A DNA stretch of 64,000 bases from the NCBI GenBank assembly GCA_963783575.1, contig CAWAOD010000014.1, positions 128,001 through 192,000 on the forward strand, given 5' to 3'. How positions within the stretch are numbered: position 1 is the stretch's first letter; each line of letters opens with the position of its first letter. The DNA comes from an uncultured Spirochaetota bacterium (GTDB lineage: Bacteria > Spirochaetota > Brevinematia > Brevinematales > JAOACQ01). The notes beneath the pieces are model-generated. The model did not search any database. It saw only the letters and a list, made by a program, of their open reading frames with translations, and was not told where the DNA came from. The position numbers were made by a program, and so were the translations under genes. This document shows, piece after piece, positions 1 through 10,978 of the stretch.

Positions 1-47
1 GTTCTAAACAGAAAAATATAATTATTATAAAAAAAAATAGCGGATTT

Positions 48-929
48 TTGTCCCGTTACAACAATTTTTGGGGGTGGCTTTTCCTGACGCCTGTTGTGCT
101 GGGTCTTTCGCTATGGGTGGCTTTCCCGCTGGGATTAAGCTTATTTACAAGTTTTACAAAGTGGGACCTGATTACCAAACCGGTTTTTATCGGGTTCAGA
201 AATTATGTCGATATGTTTACCAGCGATCCGCTTTTCGGACAGTCGGTTTTCGTAACGCTGTATTTTACCATTGCAGGCGTCTCGTTACAGATTATACTGG
301 CTTTTGCCGCCGCGCTGCTGCTGAATACAAAAGTTAAGGGCATGAATTATTTCCGGACGATGTTTTATATGCCATCACTTGTCCCGGTAATCGTTTCTTC
401 CGCTCTCTGGATGTGGCTGTATAATCCTCAGTTCGGACTCTTCAATATTTTGTTAACTTCTCTTGGTTTTTCTCCGCTTAAATGGGTTTACGGTATAGGT
501 TCTGTAATACCCAGTCTGATCTTGATGAGTGTCTGGGGAATTGGAAATATCATTATCATTTTTCTTGCGGGTCTGCAGGACATATCGAAAGAGTTGATTG
601 AGGCCGTGGAAATTGACGGTGGAAACCTATGGCACAGGTTCAGGCACATTATTCTGCCCTTGATGACGCCGACAATCCTTTACAATATAGTGATCGGTAT
701 CATCAATGGCTTCCAGACATTCACACAGCCCTATATAATGACGAATGGAGGTCCCGCGAACGCCTCTCTTTTTTATGTTCTGCATCTTTACAAGCAGGCG
801 TTCCTTTATTCAAAAATGGGCTATGCCAGCGCGATGGCCTGGTTTGTATTTATTATGACAGGTATAATTTCGATCATTATCTTTAAAACATCCTCGGGAT
901 GGGTATTTTATCAAGGAGACGGCAAATAA
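48..929 (+). CDS. Carbohydrate ABC transporter permease (MalF/UgpA-like)
   Basis: Multi-TM protein with EAA-type loop ELIEAVEIDGGN and C-terminal GYASAMAW; TTG start. Confidence 0.92.
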   Translation: MSRYNNFWGWLFLTPVVLGLSLWVAFPLGLSLFTSFTKWDLITKPVFIGFRNYVDMFTSDPLFGQSVFVTLYFTIAGVSLQIILAFAAALLLNTKVKGMNYFRTMFYMPSLVPVIVSSALWMWLYNPQFGLFNILLTSLGFSPLKWVYGIGSVIPSLILMSVWGIGNIIIIFLAGLQDISKELIEAVEIDGGNLWHRFRHIILPLMTPTILYNIVIGIINGFQTFTQPYIMTNGGPANASLFYVLHLYKQAFLYSKMGYASAMAWFVFIMTGIISIIIFKTSSGWVFYQGDGK

Positions 930-1774
930 TGAAAAGGAAAAATAAAAACAAATCCTATTTTACCATTATGGTTTATTTTTTTCTGGTCATTTTTTCCCTT
1001 TTCTGCGTTTTTCCTTTAATCTGGCTGATCAGGAGCTCATTAATGAATTCGCGGGAAATTTTTACCCTTCCTCCGTTATTATTTCCCGCGGTTCCGAGCT
1101 GGAACAACTATCTCGATTTGTTTAAAGTTGTTCCATTTGTACGGTATTTTTTCAATACAGTTCTTATTGTTTTAATTAATGTAGCGGGCGCTCTGATGAG
1201 CAACACCATTATAGCTTACGCGTTCGCCAGAATCAGGTTCAAAGGCAGAACTATTATGTACGGGTTATGTATCGCAACACTGATGCTACCGCAAACAGTT
1301 ACCATGATCCCACTTTATATTGAATGGACAATATTCCATGGGATAAACACATACGCGCCGTTAACTGTTATGTCATTTTTCGGAAACGCCTTTTACATAT
1401 TCATGCTTCATCAGTTTTTCAAAACCATCTCGATCGAATACGATGAAGCGGCTTTTGTGGACGGCGCAAACCACTTCCAGGTACTCACAAGCGTAATAGT
1501 CCCGATGTCAAAACCGGCTTTAGCTGTAGTAGTGATCTTTACTTTTATGTCTTCATGGAACGATTTTATGGGGCCTTTCCTTTATATAAGCGACCAGAGT
1601 AAATACACCCTTTCTCTCGGCTTGAAATACTTGATATCGGGCTACTCGGTAATCGGACAATGGCAGGTTTTGATGGCGGCCTCTGTCCTGATTGTATTGC
1701 CGGTAGCGCTTTTGTTCTTCTTTATGCAGCGTTATTTTATAGAAGGTCTGACAATGGGCGGTTTGAAGGGATAA
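929..1774 (+). CDS. Carbohydrate ABC transporter permease (MalG/UgpE-like)
   Basis: EYDEAAFVDGA EAA motif, WNDFMGP, QRYFIEGL; ATG at 929 overlaps upstream stop (TAATG). Confidence 0.92.
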   Translation: MKRKNKNKSYFTIMVYFFLVIFSLFCVFPLIWLIRSSLMNSREIFTLPPLLFPAVPSWNNYLDLFKVVPFVRYFFNTVLIVLINVAGALMSNTIIAYAFARIRFKGRTIMYGLCIATLMLPQTVTMIPLYIEWTIFHGINTYAPLTVMSFFGNAFYIFMLHQFFKTISIEYDEAAFVDGANHFQVLTSVIVPMSKPALAVVVIFTFMSSWNDFMGPFLYISDQSKYTLSLGLKYLISGYSVIGQWQVLMAASVLIVLPVALLFFFMQRYFIEGLTMGGLKG

Positions 1775-1796
1775 TTAAAATAAATTGGAGATTCTT

Positions 1797-3743
1797 ATGG
1801 GTCAAGATACACAGGAAATAAACCTTAAAGATATTAAAATTAAGGATGATTTCTGGACAAAATACCAGGTTCTGGTTTATAAAAATGTAATCCCTTATCA
1901 GTGGGATGTTATCAACGATAGAATTCCCAATATTGAACCAAGCCATGCGGTTAAAAACTTCAAAATCGCGGCTAAACTTGAAAAGGGAGAATTCTACGGC
2001 TTTGTTTTTCAGGATTCAGACCTTGCAAAATGGCTTGAAACATTTAGTTACAGTCTGATGATACATCCGGATCCTCTGATGGAAAATAATGCCGATGAGG
2101 TAATTGACATAATCGAAAAAGCCCAGCAGCCAGACGGTTATCTCAACACATATTTCACCATCAGGGAGCCGGGTAAACGGTTTACCAATATGCATGAAGC
2201 ACATGAGCTATACTGCGCCGGCCATTTTATTGAAGCGGCAGTCGCTTATTATAATGCGACAGGCAAGAGAAAACTGCTGGAAATAATGTGCCGTTATGCT
2301 GATTTAATTGATCGGACGTTCGGTCCTGAACCTGGAAAATTGAAAGCATATTGCGGCCATCCGGAAATAGAGCTTGCGCTGGTTAAACTATACCAGACTA
2401 CCGGCGAGGAAAAGTATTTGAAACTCAGTAAATATTTTATCGATGAAAGAGGCAGGGAGCCTTATTATTTCGATCTGGAATTTAAAAAGAGGGGAGGAAC
2501 CTATATACTTCCTGAATTCCGCGGTTTCGACCGGAAATATCTCCAGGCACATCTTCCGGTAAGAAAGCAGACTACTGCTGAAGGCCATGCCGTCCGCGTA
2601 ACATATCTGTTTTCCGCTGCCACAGACATCGCCCGCCTCACATGGGACCTGGAACTTAAGGAAGTATGCGGAAAAATCTGGAATAATATAACTTTAAGAA
2701 GGATGTATATTACCGGAGGTATTGGTTCAGCATCTTACGGAGAAGCATTTACCTGTGATTATGACCTTCCCAATGATACTATGTATACCGAAACCTGCGC
2801 GTCTGTCGGGATGGTCTTATTTGCTTACCGGATGCTTAAGCTGGAAGCAGACAGGCATTATTCGGATATAATGGAACTACAGCTTTATAATAATGTATTA
2901 AGCGGAATTTCATTAGACGGTACACGATATTTTTATGTAAATCCACTGGAAATATGGCCAGAAAGGTGTGAAAAAAACCCCGGCTTAAAACATGTCAAGC
3001 CTGTCAGGCAGCCCTGGTATGCCTGCTCCTGTTGTCCTCCCAATGTATCAAGACTTATTGCTTCCCTCGGAATGTATATTTATACAATTATGGAAAATCA
3101 AGTTAATATTCATCTTTATATCGGAAGTGAAGCCGGGCTGAATATCGGTGGAAATTCTGTAAAAATCACACAGAAAACCTCGTATCCGAATGAAGGGATT
3201 GTTCAGATTAAGATCGGTACGGAAAAAACTCAGTCTTTCTCAATAAATTTAAGGATTCCGGGATGGTGCAAAGAATTTTCCTGTATAATAAACGGTGAAA
3301 GTCAAACAGACCGGAAACAGGAAAAAGGTTACCTGAAAATTGACAGAGTTTGGTCTGACGGTGATATGGTGGAGCTAAACCTGAAAATGCCTGTAACTTT
3401 AATCTATTCTCATCCAAAAGTCAGAAGTACCGCTGGAAAAGCAGTAATTCAGCGGGGGCCTGTTATTTATTGTCTGGAAGAAGCGGACAATGGCCCGGAC
3501 CTTCAAAATATCAGCCTTGCAGATAATCCTGACTGGAAAACTGAATTTAAACCTGACCTACTGGGAGGAATTGTAATTGTCAAAGGCAGTGCTTTCCGCT
3601 CCGAGGAAAGCCAGTGGGACAACTCAACTCTTTATGGACCTATAGAAATTGATAAAAAATCGGTCGAAATAACGGCTATTCCTTACAGCCTTTGGTGCAA
3701 CCGTAAGCCGGGAGAAATGATAGTCTGGATTAAGAAATGTTAA
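1797..3743 (+). CDS. Glycoside hydrolase family 127 (beta-L-arabinofuranosidase-like)
   Basis: Motifs FQDSDLAKWLE, HELYCAGH, GHPEIELAL, GHAVR, ETCAS, CSCCPPN; GGAG RBS before ATG 1797. Confidence 0.92.
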   Translation: MGQDTQEINLKDIKIKDDFWTKYQVLVYKNVIPYQWDVINDRIPNIEPSHAVKNFKIAAKLEKGEFYGFVFQDSDLAKWLETFSYSLMIHPDPLMENNADEVIDIIEKAQQPDGYLNTYFTIREPGKRFTNMHEAHELYCAGHFIEAAVAYYNATGKRKLLEIMCRYADLIDRTFGPEPGKLKAYCGHPEIELALVKLYQTTGEEKYLKLSKYFIDERGREPYYFDLEFKKRGGTYILPEFRGFDRKYLQAHLPVRKQTTAEGHAVRVTYLFSAATDIARLTWDLELKEVCGKIWNNITLRRMYITGGIGSASYGEAFTCDYDLPNDTMYTETCASVGMVLFAYRMLKLEADRHYSDIMELQLYNNVLSGISLDGTRYFYVNPLEIWPERCEKNPGLKHVKPVRQPWYACSCCPPNVSRLIASLGMYIYTIMENQVNIHLYIGSEAGLNIGGNSVKITQKTSYPNEGIVQIKIGTEKTQSFSINLRIPGWCKEFSCIINGESQTDRKQEKGYLKIDRVWSDGDMVELNLKMPVTLIYSHPKVRSTAGKAVIQRGPVIYCLEEADNGPDLQNISLADNPDWKTEFKPDLLGGIVIVKGSAFRSEESQWDNSTLYGPIEIDKKSVEITAIPYSLWCNRKPGEMIVWIKKC

Positions 3744-3913
3744 TCCCAATAACGTGATTGAAAATTCATGAATTACATTTTTTCCATAAATAATGTTTAA
3801 TATACAGGCTAATCTCTAGGAAAATTTATAATTCCTACTTTCCGGCAGGTCATATGGCAGCAGGCTTTTTTTTCGAGACTTGTGCTGAGCTTATCGAATG
3901 TATACCGAGCCCC

Positions 3914-4747
3914 CTATATATTTGAAATGCTTTCCAGGACCATTGTTACCCCGGGCCTATGCGCCTTTATAACAAGAGCTCGCGGAGAATCCTCCACCCA
4001 GAAAGCGCCTTCCCTGGCATACGCATCCAAAAGCTTACCGAGAAACGGATCGGCGCAGGTAAAACCAATTTTGATAGTATTAAATTTTCCGGCCGGCGTT
4101 TCGATCGTTTCCTTTCCAATATAACGTACATAACACGGGATTGCTTCTTTCAGGGCAAAGGGCTCGACCAGTAGCAGAATCCCGCCGCCCATAATGTCCA
4201 GAAAGCGCATTCCTACCCATATGAAGGCCATAGAATTATAAACCGGATACTCCTTTTTAATTCTGACCTTGCTGAATGTCCTCTTCAATTCATAGCCGTC
4301 CCAGAGCTGTTGTTCATAATTCACCTTCTCATTGTCCGGGTCAACTTTCAGATCAAAGGCCATTATCCCGGTCTTATTATACTTTTTTATAGATTTCAGC
4401 TGATTATCATAATCTTCAATCATGGAGCCTGTTTCCAGTGAAACGGAGATAAAACCGTTATATTTACTGTAATCGGAGGGTAACTGGTCCGAAGTACCTG
4501 CATTAATAGTCTGGTAAAATATTTTCACATATTTTTCGGCTTTATTGACCTTTGACACGGTATAAAAGTATTCGGAAATTTCCCCGTTTACGTAACTCCT
4601 GTATTTTAAATATTCCCCATCCGCAATAATGATTTTTGCCGGCTTCATAGCGGGGATATCATCTCTGGAACCCATCGCGGATATTTCTCCGGCCGTCAGC
4701 ATCATCCATATGGAAATTATCAGAATCCCTATTTGTTTCTCTTTCAT
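3914..4747 (-). CDS. Secreted hypothetical protein, DUF3108-like C-terminus
   Basis: Signal peptide; GKETIETPAGKFNTIKI motif. Confidence 0.55.
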   Translation of the reverse strand: MKEKQIGILIISIWMMLTAGEISAMGSRDDIPAMKPAKIIIADGEYLKYRSYVNGEISEYFYTVSKVNKAEKYVKIFYQTINAGTSDQLPSDYSKYNGFISVSLETGSMIEDYDNQLKSIKKYNKTGIMAFDLKVDPDNEKVNYEQQLWDGYELKRTFSKVRIKKEYPVYNSMAFIWVGMRFLDIMGGGILLLVEPFALKEAIPCYVRYIGKETIETPAGKFNTIKIGFTCADPFLGKLLDAYAREGAFWVEDSPRALVIKAHRPGVTMVLESISNI

Positions 4748-4844
4748 TTTTTTTCCTCCTGATTAGTTTCATCTCAAAAATAATAGCGCAAAATTTGCCG
4801 GAATACAATAGGAATCATGATTCATTTTCAATAGGAAAAACGGT

Positions 4845-5936
4845 CTATTTTTTCTCATACTGGATCTGCTGTATCAGAAAGGAAAGCTCCATCCTGCTGT
4901 TCACACCGGTTTTCTTATAAATACTGTGAACATGGTTTTTTACGGTTTTTGGGGAAATAAAGCATTTTTCGGCGATTTCCTGATTATTCAATCCCTGCAG
5001 AATAAGCCTGACAATCTCCTGCTCCCTGCCGGATATGGCGAATTTATTGAAAAATATTTCGTCCGGTTCCACAACGTGGGTTCTTACCGACAGAATATAG
5101 AAAAACCTTGCTGTAAAAACTAAAAAAAGGATGTTCCAGAAAAGATAGAACGCAAGATGCGTCCAGATATAGAGCCTGTCGTCGGATGGTATAAAAATAA
5201 ATGATTTCCTTGATACCAGAAAGTCAAAAAGGAGAAAGCTGTAGAAATATGCCAGTGTCAAAATGACGAGGCCTTTTGTCTCCACTTTCAGGCTGATATT
5301 TTTAACAAGCGTGACCTGTCTGCCGCCTATCTGCCGGAGATCCCCCGTAGGCAGGCCAAGCAGGCTGCTTGATCGGTGTAATTCCCCGCGATCTTGCCGT
5401 GATTCCCTTTCCCGATCCTGATTAATACTCCGCTGATTGCTGTGGAGTAGTTTAATGTTTATAACCAGCAGGACCGGCAGATAAAGTGCGATCAGAATGA
5501 TAATAATTCCCGGGATTATATTGATGAATTGAAACGGGGCATCGGGAAGCGACCAGGCACCAGCAAGAAGATAGGGAAGAATTTCTGCCGCAGCTGTCAG
5601 AGTTACCAGAACTAAAAGAACTGTATTACCGGCTTTTTCATACGAAACCGATAAAAAATGGTGCAGAAGAAAAGGTGCGATGAATAAAAACAGAAGTGAT
5701 ATATCGGAGCTTATCTGGTAGCTGATCAATAAATAATAATATAATACCGAATTATCCATTCTAATGGCGAATAAAATATTATTTAAAAGTACCCGGATGG
5801 TAAATATAGACAGAAAAATAATATAATACTTTACGCTCTTGTATTTGTATTTATAATATAGGATGATGGACACAACCAGAGATGCCAGCCCAAGGGAAAA
5901 TGAAAGGAATTGAAAAGAAATAAGAAGATATTTCAT
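4845..5936 (-). CDS. Membrane-anchored LuxR-family transcriptional regulator
   Basis: Multiple TM helices; C-terminal ISGREQEIVRLILQGLNNQEIAEKCFISPKTVKNHVHSIYKK LuxR HTH. Confidence 0.88.
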   Translation of the reverse strand: MKYLLISFQFLSFSLGLASLVVSIILYYKYKYKSVKYYIIFLSIFTIRVLLNNILFAIRMDNSVLYYYLLISYQISSDISLLFLFIAPFLLHHFLSVSYEKAGNTVLLVLVTLTAAAEILPYLLAGAWSLPDAPFQFINIIPGIIIILIALYLPVLLVINIKLLHSNQRSINQDRERESRQDRGELHRSSSLLGLPTGDLRQIGGRQVTLVKNISLKVETKGLVILTLAYFYSFLLFDFLVSRKSFIFIPSDDRLYIWTHLAFYLFWNILFLVFTARFFYILSVRTHVVEPDEIFFNKFAISGREQEIVRLILQGLNNQEIAEKCFISPKTVKNHVHSIYKKTGVNSRMELSFLIQQIQYEKK

Positions 5937-7438
5937 AATAATAGGTTCCTTTCCAGCTTTTGTGTGGATCAATTTTCATGAATCCTCATCATACCGATAA
6001 CGATCTGCCTTTCCGCTGTGAAGGATTTATTGACTGATAGGAATTTTTATAATACAGCCAGAGGTAGTGTACTGGAAATATATAAATATTGCAAAAAAAC
6101 GCATTGATCGCTTGACCAACATGTGAATGGATGCGAAAACAAACTCCCGTTATTTTTTAAAACTGAATGGCCGAGGCGGTAAACCATGCCGGTTTTTGTT
6201 TCACCTTTCCTGATTACAGGGCATTTCCCGTTATTGGAAGATTTTTCGAGCTCTCTGATAACGTCGTTTTTAACAAAAAAAACAAGAACATAAATATTCC
6301 CGTTTCTGAGATAGCCTGCATTTCCGTTGGCTATGTTCTAAATGATAATGTGCCTGAATGCCTTGATGGCCCTCTCTATATAGCAGCTCGATCCCTATCT
6401 TAGAGGTTTTAGAGTGGTAAAACAACAATTTTTAAGGCATTCCCCCGAGAGTTTTCAACGTACGCGCTGGTTCACCCGACTTATTGGACATACTTCTGGT
6501 AGATTCTGTCCAACTCGCTAGAATCTTTGAGACTTTTTATAGCGAAATGGATACGATTCATTATTTAAAAGGCCATATTATATATAAAACATACTAAAAT
6601 ACATATTATCATAATTTTAAGGTTTTATATTGAGAAATTTCAACACATCCTTTTTTAGGATGTGAACTCAAATAATTAATTTCAGATCTTTATTGATCTA
6701 TTAATCAATTTCTTTGATTTTTAATGATATTCTAAAAATAGTTATAAATTTTCATATTTTATATTATTTTAAAATCTTTCTGTTAATCTGACTTTAATAA
6801 ATCAGGTCTCTGCCACGAGAGTGCTTTATTAAATATTTTCAATTCATTATTTCTTATCAATCATAAAATTTAATTTTCATATCACCCCACATGGGTGATA
6901 CGTTTTGATATTTTCTGTATTATAATAATATATGTGGGGATTTTGGGGGCTTATGAAATAATTAATAATGAAAATGGGGCTTCCATATGTACAAAGGTAA
7001 CTTGTTTATGGGTACACATTAAATTAGGTTAATAACTGGTATGGTACCCCACAATATCAGCTTACCTATTTAAGATACCCAATCAAACATTTACCGCAGA
7101 ATGCTACAAAAAGGAAGCCCTTTAATTTAATAAAGGGGTTTTTGGGGAAGGGGGCTTTAATAGGGGCTTCCAAATGAGCAATTGTAAATGTCAATGGATA
7201 CTCATTATACTTGGCTACCACATGGCAAATCCCCCCTCAAACCAGCCTGCCTGTTTATGATATCCAACCCTAAACATTTACAAAAGAATTTTACATAAAG
7301 GAAGCCCTTATCTTTTATTTTTAAAATATTACTCTGCGAGAATAAAATATATTGAGAAGGAATAGTCGATCTGGACATATATGTCACCTAATAGATTTTC
7401 ATGTCATATTTTTGAATACATGAATTTTGGAGGATACT

Positions 7439-8137
7439 ATGAAAATATTCTTTATGATTTCCGCCTTTATTCTGATTTTCTGGAGTTTGGTCTCAGCAAC
7501 TGACAATAATAATAATATTCTGACTACGAACATCGTTACATACGGAATTGAATTGACACCGGAAATGATTCCAAACATTCAAGAGTTGTTCCAAACATCT
7601 AACGATATCAAACGCATAGAGACTAATCTTACCATCAACAGAACACTATCTCAAGAGGATGAAGAATTGTTATTGAACTTTATGGTTAAATGGCAGAAAT
7701 GGCAAGAATATATTACTTTAATCATTCAATCCAATCAATCTCTTGATATAAAAGTTATAACCAATATTACTATTAATAAGAATGATAGCAACAATATAAA
7801 TAAAACACACATTATATCAGCAAAATTCTTGGGAACTAAAATGATGGAAGATACTGTCGGGCCACCAAATAGCACTGTCACAACACCAAATAAAATAGTA
7901 CATTTTTCTCGACAAATCTCACTCCTTACTCGAACTCCCAGTCAATTTACTTACGTTAATATGCCATTAATTATTCGTGGTATAAATAATACAAAAGCAG
8001 ACCCAATATTTGGAGGTTATGTTCATCTTAGTGGGATAGGAACAACGATACTTACAATAGATTGTGGTGTTAATGGTTGGTCTGGAGAGCCAATTAGACA
8101 ATTTACAACAACAATATCTTGCGACATTATGTATTAA
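7439..8137 (+). CDS. Secreted hypothetical protein, Asn/Thr-rich
   Basis: GGAGG RBS, signal peptide, open frame of ~230 aa; no family recognised. Confidence 0.6.
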   Translation: MKIFFMISAFILIFWSLVSATDNNNNILTTNIVTYGIELTPEMIPNIQELFQTSNDIKRIETNLTINRTLSQEDEELLLNFMVKWQKWQEYITLIIQSNQSLDIKVITNITINKNDSNNINKTHIISAKFLGTKMMEDTVGPPNSTVTTPNKIVHFSRQISLLTRTPSQFTYVNMPLIIRGINNTKADPIFGGYVHLSGIGTTILTIDCGVNGWSGEPIRQFTTTISCDIMY

Positions 8138-8796
8138 TATATATTCACATGATAAAAACCGAAGATGGATAAAAAATCCCGAAATAGAAACTTAAGAATG
8201 ATCTACTGGTTCCGTACTCTACTGACTACTTCAAATGCTTGAAATATTTATTTTTGATTTTCTTGGAAGACAATAAATGGAACCTGGAAAACCCTTTGCT
8301 ACACAAACCTGGAAGACACCGAAAAACTTCAGAGAATATCTCAGTTTACGGCATCTTTATTTGATGAGATTATTCTGAAAGCAGTGGTAGATTAATAATC
8401 CCGTTGAGTCAAATATTTTTCTACTCAAATTTGATTATTTTAACGAGTGGGTTTAAGATTTAACAAAATCGGAAATAGTAAATCAGCGTTAACAGAGTTT
8501 TTCATGTTTAAACAATTGCAGTTCATGGTTATCCCTTCTTCTTCTGAATTGGACCTCAGCATCGGATATCGTTCTTTTAATGGTAATTATGAGAATTATT
8601 TTTTTAAGGAACTGATACCGTATATAGAATCAAACTATTCTACTGATACCTCGAACCGCCAAATCGGCGGTAATTCAATGGTGGAAATGATAAACTAATT
8701 TACCAGGGTAGCAATAAATGAAATTCCCATACCTGTCACAAACAGATTTCCCATAGAGAAGCTTGAAGATTACCTTTAATGAAAATTCATTAAAGG

Positions 8797-10094
8797 ATGG
8801 CAGGAATAGTGAAAAATATTATGTATCAGGACATAAAAAAACTGAAACTTTTGGGGAAAAGTAAAAATGGTGTATCCCGGGAACTGTCAATAGATATTAA
8901 GACAGTCCGAAAATATTGGGCTATGAACGATTCCGAATACCAGAAAAGCCTGATGGAATTCTCTTTCCGTGAAAAAGAATTCGAAGGAATAAAAACAGAC
9001 ATATTGAAAGTATATGAAAAGAATGATTACATCCGGCTAAATATGTCTGCTTTGTATGACTATTTATTGGAGGTAAAAGGCAAACTACCGGCGAATGAAA
9101 ATACGATGAGGAATTTCGTACATTACCTGATTGAAAGCGGGCAGCTTACCTTGAATGAAAAGCGACGGTATTACACAAAAGTGCCGGACATGCCATATGG
9201 AAAGCAGCTCCAGCTTGATTTCGGTCAATATACCGACAGATATGGCAGAAGGTATTACATATTTGCCGCGGTGTTATCCGCCAGTCGTTTTAAGTATGCG
9301 GCCCTCCAGGAGAGGCCATTCCGGACAGAAGACCTTATCAATCATCTATTGGACTGTTTCGCATATATGAGCGGGATACCGCAGGAACTTGTCATCGATC
9401 AGGACTGCACGATGGTTGTGAGTGAGAACTCCGGCGATATCATCTACACGAAAGACTTTCAGTATTTCAAAGATGAAAGATCGGTGCAAGGGAAGCTCGC
9501 AGTGTGAGTGACAAATGCCGGATCGCTGTGGACACAAGCCAGTATGATATACCTGAAAAATACAGGAACGGTTCGGTTGACATTTACAAAACTGACAGCC
9601 TGCTTTTTGTCTTTGACAGGATTACGGGTGAGCAAATCGCTGAATATCGGCTTTCGGTGATTCCGGGGCAGATTATAACCAACAGGGCAATGATCCGTGA
9701 AATGGGAAAGACAGTGAAGTTATTGAAAGAAGAAGTAAGCGGGTACTTTGATATTCCAGGCTGGAAGGATTTTCTTGAATGTAATTTCAGGAAGTTCAAT
9801 CGTTATGTAAGGGACCAGTGTCTTTCCGGAAGAAAATACTTCAGGGACAAGATAATTGATACAGATAAGCTGACACAAGCGATCTCAAACTGTCTGGATA
9901 ATGATAGTTACTCAATGAAGGATTTATGGGATAATTACCGGAACTGTCTGAAAATAGAACATTTAGAAATACCTATGAATGTAGAAAAGATAGTCAGGCC
10001 ACTTATGAATCCTGAACACTATCTGGAAGTAGCCAAATCAGACATCGGGAAATACCAGAGACTCTGTAGTTCCATTGGGGGCCGGCAATGTTGA
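8797..10094 (+). pseudogene. istA: IS21 transposase, internally deleted and split into two frames
   Basis: N-terminal HTH, QLDFG and VIDQD catalytic Asp motifs, then a jump to the C-terminal RSVSDKCRIAVDTSQYDIP domain in another frame; no KGKVE-type Glu segment. Confidence 0.85.
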
Positions 10095-10837
10095 AGATAA
10101 GAGAACAAATCATAACTGCGCTTACAACTCTCGGGTTGAAGGGGATGATAAAACGGATTGACGATGAAATCGGCGAGGCTGAAAAGGCGAAAGAGTCTTA
10201 TCTGAGTTTTTTGCAGAGGCTGCTTTCTCTGGAATTGAATTATAGAGTGGAAAAACGTTTTCAGCGGAATATGGCAGGAGCACATTTCCCAGTCCGTAAA
10301 GATGTGGAAGGTTTTAATTTTGAAAAAGTGAATGGAATATCTAAAATGGATGTTTCACAGCTATTGGATTTCCGCTGGATTGATAATCATCATAATCTTT
10401 TGTTCTTTGGGTCTCCGGGGCTTGGGAAAACGCATCTGGCAATTAGCATCGGAATCCGGGCAGTTGAAAAGGGATATATTGTTTGCTTTGAAAGGATGAC
10501 TACTCTCATTAAGTTTCTTAAAACGGCGGACATCCAGAGAAGTTCTGCTTTCAGGCTGAACCGGATGATGAAGTCACACTTATTAATCATTGATGAGATA
10601 GGCTACACGCCTATCGAAAAGAAGGAGGCAAATCTATTTTTTAGTCTTGTAAGTGAATTGTATGAAAAGACATCGATCGTGATAACATCGAATAAGGGAT
10701 TTCAGGATTGGGCTGAAATGATGGGAGACCCGATTATGACAACAGCTCTTCTGGATAGGCTTTTACATCATTCAAATATTTATAACTTGAGCGGAGAATC
10801 TTACAGAATACAAAATTTGAATAAGGAGGTTGAGTAA
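10088..10837 (+). CDS. istB: IS21 helper AAA+ ATPase
   Basis: GSPGLGKTHLA Walker A, LIIDEIGY Walker B, TSNK, ALLDRLLHH, GESYR. Confidence 0.95.
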   Translation: MLKIREQIITALTTLGLKGMIKRIDDEIGEAEKAKESYLSFLQRLLSLELNYRVEKRFQRNMAGAHFPVRKDVEGFNFEKVNGISKMDVSQLLDFRWIDNHHNLLFFGSPGLGKTHLAISIGIRAVEKGYIVCFERMTTLIKFLKTADIQRSSAFRLNRMMKSHLLIIDEIGYTPIEKKEANLFFSLVSELYEKTSIVITSNKGFQDWAEMMGDPIMTTALLDRLLHHSNIYNLSGESYRIQNLNKEVE

Positions 10838-10857
10838 CCATTCTTTGCCTCCTCACT

Positions 10858-10978
10858 ATGGGAAATACTCACGTGGAAGGTATGGGGAAAACTCTTGTGA
10901 AGCATATGGGAAATACTCTTGTGGAAGGGGTGGGAAATTACCCGAGCGCAGATATGGGAAAAACTCTTGACATTTCCA
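10858..10978 (+). repeat. Five 24-bp subterminal repeats at the IS21 right end
   Basis: Units resembling ATGGGAAATACTC start at 10858, 10882, 10906, 10930 and 10954; inverted TTCCCAT copies 24 bp apart at the left end. Confidence 0.9.

Larger units (their letters stand above)
8682..10978 (+). mobile_element. IS21-family element
   Basis: Ends TGGAAATG...CATTTCCA, 5-bp target duplication AATGG (8677-8681 and 10979-10983), istA/istB genes, subterminal repeats. Confidence 0.95.

Noticed and set aside
6040..6560. Possible decayed gene upstream of the LuxR regulator, including ORF 6167-6403
   Set aside because: No recognisable motif or consistent frame on either strand
10858..10978. Regular 24-bp repeats as a CRISPR array, and ORF 10858-11160 as a gene
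   Set aside because: No unique spacers or cas genes; these are IS21 subterminal repeats and the ORF is a by-product of the 24-bp period
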